From positions 18,859 to 82,858 of the forward strand of contig MHGF01000023.1 of the NCBI GenBank assembly GCA_001805445.1: DNA of 64,000 nucleotides, in the 5' to 3' direction. The translations under genes were made by a program, and so were the position numbers. Shown in pieces: positions 57,102 to 64,000 of this stretch; positions within the stretch are counted from its first letter, which is position 1; the number at the start of each line of letters is the position of its first letter. The notes below the pieces were generated by a model, which made no database searches, was not told the DNA's origin, and saw only the letters and a list, made by a program, of their open reading frames with translations. The stretch is from Omnitrophica WOR_2 bacterium GWF2_43_52. GTDB taxonomy: Bacteria > Omnitrophota > Gorgyraeia > Gygaellales > UBA12090.

Positions 57102-57614
57102 ATGGAGGCTTGTATGTTAGAATGTTTCCTTTTAAAAAGAAAACTTTATGATTGCCTGGATAATAGCCTTTCTGAAAAAGACCGGATGAGAATAAAAAAA
57201 CATCTTGATGTGTGCCCTCATTGCCAAGAGCGGCTTACCCAGCTAAAAGTTATCCTTGATTATGCCTCTTCAAAGCATATCCCTAGTCCGAATAATCAAT
57301 TTTGGTATACTTTTAATGCGGGGCTCGCCCGGAGGCTCGATACTATAGTATCCGAATCCGGCACCATGACGCAAAAGCCGAAGGTGTATCGAAAACCAGC
57401 ATTGGTGAACGCGGTTTTGTGCGTATTTTTTCTCGCGATAGGGATTTTTCTGTTTAAATTTTCACACCCAACAGGGATGCCGTTAGGACGACAGGTTAAT
57501 GTATTGGTTGAGGAGTTTACTTCTTCTGATGAGTTTAGTGAAGCATCGGAATTAAATCATGAAGATGATTATCTTGAAGAAATGGATTTACTTATGCAGT
57601 TAGAGTTGGCATAA
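57102..57614 (+). CDS. Zinc-binding (ZAS-type) anti-sigma factor with one TM helix
   Basis: HLDVCPHCQERL matches the H-x3-C-x2-C ZAS motif. TM helix ALVNAVLCVFFLAIGIFLF. Acidic C-terminus. Confidence 0.7.
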   Translation: MEACMLECFLLKRKLYDCLDNSLSEKDRMRIKKHLDVCPHCQERLTQLKVILDYASSKHIPSPNNQFWYTFNAGLARRLDTIVSESGTMTQKPKVYRKPALVNAVLCVFFLAIGIFLFKFSHPTGMPLGRQVNVLVEEFTSSDEFSEASELNHEDDYLEEMDLLMQLELA

Positions 57615-57698
57615 GGAGTTAATCGGAACGCAGAAATCCTCTGATTTTATCCGGAGATGAATGCGAGACGATTACCCCGTGCTTTAGCATGGGGAGAT

Positions 57699-58769
57699 TC
57701 ATTCAAAAAGCTTTTTATATTCTTTGTAGTTTTCTTTTTCTAAGTCTTCCTTAGGGATGAAACGAAGGGCGGCAGAGTTCATACAGTAACGTAAGCCGGT
57801 AGGTTTTGGCCCATCAGAGAATACATGGCCAAGGTGGCTATTGGCATGCTTACTGCGGACTTCGGTTCTGACGGTAAATAAGCTTCGGTCTTGTTTTTCC
57901 ACGATATTCCGGGGCTCAAGCGGTTTGGTAAAGCTTGGCCAGCCGGTGCCGGATTCAAACTTATCACGGGAAGAGAACAGCGGCTCTCCAGAAATAATAT
58001 CCACGTAAATACCTTCCTTCTTGTTATTCCAGTATTCATTATCAAAAGGGCGCTCAGTGCCGTTTTCCTGGGTTATTTTGTATTGCAGGGGAGTTAGTTT
58101 CTTGCGGAGCGTATCTTTTTCCGATTTCTTGTATTTGTCGGGGCTCTCTTCCGCGGGTTTATTTTTTAGTTCATCACCCCATACTTTTTTCAAGAATTGG
58201 TCGCGGCCGGAATTAAAACGGTAAAACTTATATTTCAACGCGCTCTTTTTATAATAATCCTGATGATAGTCTTCGGCAGGATAAAAGATAGTGGCTTTGA
58301 TAATTTCGGTGACAATGGGCTTGCCGAATCTTCCGGACTGGGCAAGGCTTTTTTTTGATTCTTCAGCCAAGCGTTTCTGCTGGTCGCTATGGTAAAAGAT
58401 GATTGAACGGTATTGAGAGCCGCGGTCAACAAATTGGCCGCCGGCGTCAGTTGGGTCAATCTGCCGCCAGAAAACATCCAAGAGTTTTTGATAACTTATT
58501 GTAGAAGGGTCGTAGGTGATTTGTATGGCTTCGACGTGGCCTGTAGCTCCTGAGGAAACCTCTTTATACGTTGGATTTTCTTTATGTCCGCCGCTATAGC
58601 CTGAGATAACCTCTTGTACTCCATCTAATTTCTCAAAAGGCGCCTCCATGCACCAGAAGCATCCTCCGGTAAATGTGGCTTTCTCTAATTTTACCTGGGC
58701 AAATAGGTTGTTTTGTGCCATAAGCATAAGAAGCGGTAAAAGCAGGCCGCTGAGTATTCTGGTTGCCAT
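57699..58769 (-). CDS. msrAB: Secreted bifunctional methionine sulfoxide reductase MsrA-MsrB
   Basis: Signal peptide, the MsrA GCFWC motif, and the Msr[10 protein letters not shown] with its Zn-binding CxxC motifs. The ORF track extends to 58871. Confidence 0.85.
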   Translation of the reverse strand: MATRILSGLLLPLLMLMAQNNLFAQVKLEKATFTGGCFWCMEAPFEKLDGVQEVISGYSGGHKENPTYKEVSSGATGHVEAIQITYDPSTISYQKLLDVFWRQIDPTDAGGQFVDRGSQYRSIIFYHSDQQKRLAEESKKSLAQSGRFGKPIVTEIIKATIFYPAEDYHQDYYKKSALKYKFYRFNSGRDQFLKKVWGDELKNKPAEESPDKYKKSEKDTLRKKLTPLQYKITQENGTERPFDNEYWNNKKEGIYVDIISGEPLFSSRDKFESGTGWPSFTKPLEPRNIVEKQDRSLFTVRTEVRSKHANSHLGHVFSDGPKPTGLRYCMNSAALRFIPKEDLEKENYKEYKKLFE

Positions 58770-58934
58770 ATACCTCACATCCTTACCTAGCTCAAACTTT
58801 ATATATCTGTTTATCATTATACTCCTCAAAAATAGAAAAACAATGAAGAAGTGATAGATTAACCATAACACTATTTAATTTGCATTTTACCTTGCTTAGA
58901 GTTAGAATTGATTTAACGGAAAGAAAATGCAGAA

Positions 58935-59312
58935 ATGATAGACCGTAAAAAAATAGCCGTAGTCCACATTATCAAAAAGGAGCTTCATTTAAGTGATGAT
59001 GAATATCGGGATATCCTTTTTAAGGCAGCAGGGGTACGGAGCGCAAAGGAACTTGATGAGCAAAAGTTTCGGAAGCTTATGCGCTATTTTGTGCGCAGCA
59101 AATATTATACGATAAATGACAACGGGCTTACCCTGCGCCAGAAGCTATACATCCAGTATTTGAGCCAGCAACTAGGATGGACGGACGAACATTGTACCAA
59201 TTTTATCCGTAAATATTACCATAAGGATTGTCTAGGGCATCTTACCAGAAAAGAGGCGATAAAAGTAATAGAGTCTCTTAAACAAATATTGTTTCATCAG
59301 AGTAAAATCTAA
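58935..59312 (+). CDS. Phage GemA/gp16-like protein (DUF1018-like)
   Basis: KKIAVVHIIKKELHLSDDEYRDILFKAAGVRSAKEL… resembles Mu GemA-family proteins of about 125 aa. Confidence 0.4.
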   Translation: MIDRKKIAVVHIIKKELHLSDDEYRDILFKAAGVRSAKELDEQKFRKLMRYFVRSKYYTINDNGLTLRQKLYIQYLSQQLGWTDEHCTNFIRKYYHKDCLGHLTRKEAIKVIESLKQILFHQSKI

Positions 59313-59315
59313 TTT

Positions 59316-59360
59316 TACGCCCCTGGGGACCTTTTACACCCCTGGGGTGTAAAAGGGGGG
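59316..59360. terminator. Bidirectional terminator between convergent genes: palindrome TTTTACACCCCTGGGGTGTAAAA followed by a G8 run
   Basis: Perfect 10-bp stem with a 3-nt loop, flanked by T/A runs on both strands. Confidence 0.6.
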
Positions 59361-59362
59361 GG

Positions 59363-60703
59363 CTAGGAAGTAAAATTAAAATCCTTGATATACAGGGTAG
59401 GTGTGTAGACTGAGCCTAGGGCTTCTAAGTGGTCGGCAATAAGGGCGCGTTCCTTAGAGATATGCTTTATTCGCGAGAATGCCTCAAGAATTGATTCGGT
59501 AAAGCGCATATCTTTGATCGCGCTTTTTATTTTTCCATTTTTAATCAAAAACGTTCCGTCGCGGGTCATTCCGGTCATCAGTGCCTTATGGGTATTAAGG
59601 AAGCCGTTGATATAGTGAAAGCGGGTAATCAGAATCGCGCGCTTTGCGGAGCGCGTGATTTCATCCTGCGGTAATTTTCCCCCTTCCATGATTATATTGT
59701 AACCAAGCGGCCCGTCAACATCATCAGGGAAGTTAGCATGGCCATTGGATTTCATTTTTAAAAGCCCTGCGTAATAACTATCGCAGAGAGGCTTACCGGC
59801 AATGCCTTTTTTTATCAGGTATACTTTTTCCCGCTTTTGCCCCTCAAAATCAAAAGGAAGAATAAAAGTGTTTTTATCCGCCCCAGAATCATAGAGCGTT
59901 ACCGAATCTCCGGTAATGCGTTTTCCCGCCTTGCCGTGTAAAAAGCTGGTTTCTTCGACTACTGACTTTGCGCCAAAGCCTATATAGTTGAGCCAATGGA
60001 TAATATCGGCAACCGCCTGCGGTTCTAAAATGACATCGTAACGAGCGCTGGGAAGGTTTATTTTCTTAAGGCTAATGAGGCATTTTTCCATTGCGGTATC
60101 CGCGGCTTGTTTGGGATTGAGTTGGTTGATATCATAGCTTGTCCGCGCGGCATAGCCGCTTGCATCTAGTTGTGTAGCGATGAATTTTATCCCCGCGAAA
60201 GAATAATCCTGATACGCGAGCTTTCCTTGCGGAGAGATGACCGCGTACTGGGTGAGGCCATTGTAGAAATTACCGGAAAATTTTATTTTTAGGTTTTGTC
60301 CGTCGGTAAAAATCTTCTGTAAAATCTTTACCCGCGCGCGCGGGGAGAAATGCGCGGTCTCCGGGTAATAAACATTAGTTAAAGTATGAAGAGGCAAAAA
60401 GAAGGGGATATCTTTTTTGCCGTGCGTCCTTATCTTAAGCTGTGCTCTATGGAGGGCTTTTTTAAAAGTTTCATTCAGATTATGATCATCGAAGGAATTA
60501 GTTGAAGCGACGCCTAACCTGCCGTCAATGGCGACGCGGAAATAGATGAGCTGTTGTTCATCGCTCATATGCTGATGTACCTGGGAATTGGCAAAGCGGC
60601 TTACCTGTAAGCGCGTGCGAAAGAAAACAATGCCTATTTTATCCGCTTCTTTGGTTTTGATAAAAGGGAGTAATGTTTTTTTAAGTTGGTCAGGAGTAAT
60701 CAT
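59363..60703 (-). CDS. pmbA: Metalloprotease PmbA/TldE
   Basis: TldD/PmbA family, 446 aa, downstream of and co-oriented with tldD. Confidence 0.8.
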   Translation of the reverse strand: MITPDQLKKTLLPFIKTKEADKIGIVFFRTRLQVSRFANSQVHQHMSDEQQLIYFRVAIDGRLGVASTNSFDDHNLNETFKKALHRAQLKIRTHGKKDIPFFLPLHTLTNVYYPETAHFSPRARVKILQKIFTDGQNLKIKFSGNFYNGLTQYAVISPQGKLAYQDYSFAGIKFIATQLDASGYAARTSYDINQLNPKQAADTAMEKCLISLKKINLPSARYDVILEPQAVADIIHWLNYIGFGAKSVVEETSFLHGKAGKRITGDSVTLYDSGADKNTFILPFDFEGQKREKVYLIKKGIAGKPLCDSYYAGLLKMKSNGHANFPDDVDGPLGYNIIMEGGKLPQDEITRSAKRAILITRFHYINGFLNTHKALMTGMTRDGTFLIKNGKIKSAIKDMRFTESILEAFSRIKHISKERALIADHLEALGSVYTPTLYIKDFNFTS

Positions 60704-60727
60704 CGTATGTATGGTACAGTGTTTGCA

Positions 60728-62170
60728 TTATTTTTTCACGCCCACCGTAATCTTCTCAAACCTTGCCGGGCTTACCCCATGGCCTACATGCATTGCCTGC
60801 GCCGGTTCGCCTTTGCCGCATGAGGGGATACCCCATACGTACCAGGAATCCTTATTTGCTATTCCTGAGCAGTTATTCCAAAAGTACGGTGTGTTTGAAT
60901 GGTATACGGGATTTTTATAGGCGCGGCCTAATTTTCCGTTTTTAATCTCCCAGGCTATTTCGGTGCCAAACTGAAAATTGAGGCGCAGATCATCAATGCT
61001 CCAGCTTTTATTGGTGCAGAGATAGAGCCCTTTCCTGGTATCGGCAAGCAACTCTTCGAGGCTTGGCTTTCCCGGCTCTAAGTTAATATTGGTCATGCGG
61101 ACCAGGGGAATGTTGTTCCAGCTTTCAGCGCGCATGGTGGCGTTACTTTCTTTTTTAATCACAGGAGCAGTTTCCCTGGAGCTTAAGTAATTGGTAAAGA
61201 TGCCGTGTTTTATGAGCTCTACGCGTTGGGCCTTTACGCCTTCATCGTCATAGGCAAAACTTCCTACGCCGCCGGCTAATGTCGCGTCGGCGCTGATGTT
61301 GACCAATGGTGAGCCATAACGGAATTTCCCGTATTTTTCTAAGGTCAAGAAACTGCCTCCCGCATAGCTTATCTCTGAACCAAGCACTCTATCAAGTTCA
61401 ACCGGGTGGCCGCAGGATTCGTGAACCTGAAGCGCTGTTTGATAGCCATCGGTGATAATGGCCATTTCTCCTTCAGGGCAGGTGGGCGCGTCAAGGAGCA
61501 TGATTGCCTCGTCGCGTACGCGCGGCGCGTTTTCGGGAAAATTGAGTTCTTTGATATATTCGTAGCCTGCCTGACGGATTTGCGAGTGATGCGAAATAGG
61601 ATAAGAGCGCTTTTGCGTAGCCATCCCGCTGACGGCAACCGTTTCTAAAAACCCGCCGCTTTCAATAAAGGATTGTTCTATTTCTGAGCCTTCGGTATTG
61701 ACAAAAAGCTTATCCGTGCGGTAAAAATCCAAGCTTGACTGGGCGAATTTAATCTTTGGCGATTGCAAAAGAATTTCGTTAGTGTAGAGCAGATACTGAA
61801 GTTTTGTTTCTAGCGAGACACTAAAAGGATCCACTTCGTAGTTTGAGGCATACCGCGCGTGGACAGCCGGGTAAGCGCCAAAGGTTACCTTTTCTTTATT
61901 TATGGCGCTTGAGGCGCGGGCAATGGTAAGCGCAAGCTTTATATTCTTTTCTATAGCCTTTTCTTCGAAAATGCTTCCGCAGGAAAATCCCCATGCGCCG
62001 TTATACAGCAAGCGTATCCCATAGCCTTCATCGATATGGTGGGAGAGATTCTCGACGCTTTGGTTGAATACGGAAATATTCTCATGCTGTCTTTTTACCC
62101 AGCGGATATCCGCGTATTCTACGCCTTTTGCCTGTAACGTGTGTATCATCGAACGTAATAAATGCTTATT
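60728..62170 (-). CDS. tldD: Metalloprotease TldD
   Basis: TldD family with HExxxH-like HESCGHPVE. The ORF track extends to 62266; the likely start is MNKHLL. Confidence 0.8.
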   Translation of the reverse strand, partial: NKHLLRSMIHTLQAKGVEYADIRWVKRQHENISVFNQSVENLSHHIDEGYGIRLLYNGAWGFSCGSIFEEKAIEKNIKLALTIARASSAINKEKVTFGAYPAVHARYASNYEVDPFSVSLETKLQYLLYTNEILLQSPKIKFAQSSLDFYRTDKLFVNTEGSEIEQSFIESGGFLETVAVSGMATQKRSYPISHHSQIRQAGYEYIKELNFPENAPRVRDEAIMLLDAPTCPEGEMAIITDGYQTALQVHESCGHPVELDRVLGSEISYAGGSFLTLEKYGKFRYGSPLVNISADATLAGGVGSFAYDDEGVKAQRVELIKHGIFTNYLSSRETAPVIKKESNATMRAESWNNIPLVRMTNINLEPGKPSLEELLADTRKGLYLCTNKSWSIDDLRLNFQFGTEIAWEIKNGKLGRAYKNPVYHSNTPYFWNNCSGIANKDSWYVWGIPSCGKGEPAQAMHVGHGVSPARFEKITVGVKK

Positions 62171-62256
62171 CATAATAGTTACTATAACATCGCAGAGGTT
62201 ACGCCGCAATAGATTTTGATATTTGTAAGAATATGTACTATAATAAATGTACCCAC

Positions 62257-62718
62257 ATGAAAACAATAATCAATTACTTAGGAGTAATTATATGCGTAAT
62301 CGCAATCGCTTCTTGCTCTGTAAAAGAAGAGCTGGCAGTAGTTTCCTCCCAGGAAGCGTATAATGACGGCTTTGAGGTACTCCTGATAGATAACGATACA
62401 ATGGATAGCTTTCATCTTAAGGATGCAGAAGAGACGGTTAAAAAAACATCCTCTGCTACTTTTTTGCTCCCTCAGGATACAATCGGCACCTTAGAGAAGA
62501 AATTAGAGATACAGGTAAAAGATACTCCGGAATCACGATATCCTTTCGTCAGTATTGATTTGGAGGTGATAGAGAATAAGAAACAAATTATAGATGTGTC
62601 ATTCCATTATTCTAAAAGCACCTATCACTATTGTTATGAGGCACTTCCCAAAGAGATAAAGCCTTTATGGTCAAGCTATAGTGATTTAGCGCGGAATAAA
62701 AAAACCATCTATAAATGA
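62257..62718 (+). CDS. Small lipoprotein, unknown function
   Basis: MKTIINYLGVIICVIAIASCS lipobox. Confidence 0.4.
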   Translation: MKTIINYLGVIICVIAIASCSVKEELAVVSSQEAYNDGFEVLLIDNDTMDSFHLKDAEETVKKTSSATFLLPQDTIGTLEKKLEIQVKDTPESRYPFVSIDLEVIENKKQIIDVSFHYSKSTYHYCYEALPKEIKPLWSSYSDLARNKKTIYK

Positions 62719-64000
62719 GAAAGCATATCGTCTGGAAGCTTAATCATTATTTTAAATCCCTCAAGGAAAAAGAGATAACCCGGATTGCGGGGATTTTTAA
62801 TCAGCAGATACAGCATCTGAATATCAGATATTTTAGTGATTCCGGCAAGCCGCGCGATATTCAGCTTGTTTTGCGGCCGTGGTTTATCAAGCCGCGGGAA
62901 CTTGCCTTTTTTCACCGCCTTATTTACGCCTTCAAAGCCGCCCACCAGAGGCTTTGCGAATTGTATCTTCATAATAGGGCCATTCAGGAAATTATGCCCT
63001 TACGCCCTGATGAGAAAAAATGGTTTGATCTTATTAACAGGGATAAATTTCAAAAATATCAGGTTGTTTTCGGCAGATGGGACACGAATGTTTCTTTTGA
63101 TGAAAGAGAGAGGATTACGGATGTAAAATTCCTGGAAACCAATACCGTGGGAATCGGCGGCATTCACTATATCCCGGTTGTTTCTGAGGCGATAAAAAAA
63201 ATATTACAGATTACGTTTGAAAAGGACATCCATCCTTATCACCTGAAATTTCAGGCAGACCCCCGCCATCTTTTGGCGGAGGAAATAAAACGCCATGCCC
63301 GGCTCATCGGCCGTAGAAGCCTGAATGTGGCATTTTTGGAGAATCGCGATTATTTAGGCGGGACGGTTGAAATCCCGGAATTGACCAAGTATTTTCTTTC
63401 CTTAGGAATCCACGCGGTGTCCGTTGACCCCCGGGATTTGCATCTTAAGGCGGATGAAATATATTATCGGGATACAAATATAGATATGATTTACCGTGAT
63501 TCAGAACTTCAGGAGCTCATCGATATTGAGAAAAAGGGCCACGCGATGGCGGTACTCAAGCAGGCATTCGTTAACAATCAGGTTATTTCATCCATTGCCG
63601 GAGAATTAGACCATAAGAGCAGTTTCGAAATATTTACTAACCCTGAGTTTGCCGCTTTCTTTAATAACGCGCAGAAGGCGCTATTTAAGAAATATCTCCC
63701 CTGGACGCGGATGATAAAAGAGAGAAAGACTGCAGACCCCAATAATCGCGCCGTCGATTTAATCCCTTACATCATAAAAAAAAAGGATTTTCTTACCATA
63801 AAACCAAGCCGTGCCTATGGCGGCCAAGGAGTGGTTATTGGTAAGTTAACGGAAAAAATAAAGTGGAGTGAGTATGTCCAGAAAGCGCTCCGTAAACCGG
63901 GGGAGTATGTGGCGCAGAGTTTTGTTAATATCCGTCAGGAAACCTTTCCTGTACTAAGCTCAGATAAAAAGATAGAATTCCAGAAATTCTATTCTGTCTC
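62718..64000 (+). CDS. ATP-grasp-like enzyme (circularly-permuted ATP-grasp or GspS-like amidoligase), 5' partial; the open frame runs off the window end
   Basis: Starts at ATGAGAAAGCATATC and is open for 427 codons with no stop. …FLTIKPSRAYGGQGVVIG… is an ATP-grasp-like nucleotide-binding loop. Confidence 0.4.

Noticed and set aside
1-64000. tRNA, rRNA, tmRNA, RNase P, SRP RNA and CRISPR arrays
   Set aside because: I did not see T-loop or GTTCGAATC-like motifs, rRNA conserved blocks, tag-peptide reading frames, or regularly spaced direct repeats. The repeat families present are dispersed and non-periodic.

Overview
This 64-kb window is a GC ~45% bacterial contig, probably from an uncultivated lineage; I cannot place the phylum from sequence alone. 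I found no tRNA or rRNA genes and no CRISPR array.

The backbone is housekeeping genes: a YdbH-like protein with a YnbE::YdbL fusion, a nitroreductase, an Amt-histidine-kinase fusion with a divergent receiver, htpX, trpB and trpA, an M16 peptidase, mgtE, a CorC-like protein, rsfS, argS, recJ, rpmB, rpsO-pnp, ftsK, a rodZ-like gene, rimO, pgsA, pgpA, an ECF sigma with a zinc-binding anti-sigma factor, msrAB, and tldD/pmbA.

A type IV pilus and c-di-GMP island of about 25 kb (18.1-42.9 kb) holds a pilin-like gene, a CHASE2-TM-degenerate GGDEF-HD-GYP sensor, a merR-like gene followed by pilN-pilO-pilP-pilQ-TPR lipoprotein-pilM, a 1359-aa GGDEF(AGDEF)-STAND NTPase-HEAT protein, a PilB-type ATPase split into a free-standing MshEN-type N-domain ORF plus an N-domain-less ATPase, a full-length pilB, pilC, two pseudopilins, and two tandem ~800-aa PilX_N-domain paralogs. 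A RelB/RelE-type toxin-antitoxin pair follows at 43.3-43.8 kb.

The intergenic regions are unusually rich in short nested MITE-like repeats: family A/D with GTGTCATTGCGA-type ends, a ~125-bp family B, a ~170-bp family C, and a carrier element with ATGCCAGGCAT palindromic terminal repeats, including one apparent empty carrier. Several structured intergenic elements have no assigned function.

The most interesting candidates are the c-di-GMP-linked pilus control module (split PilB/MshEN plus the giant GGDEF-STAND-HEAT protein), the tandem giant PilX-like proteins, and the nested MITE system.
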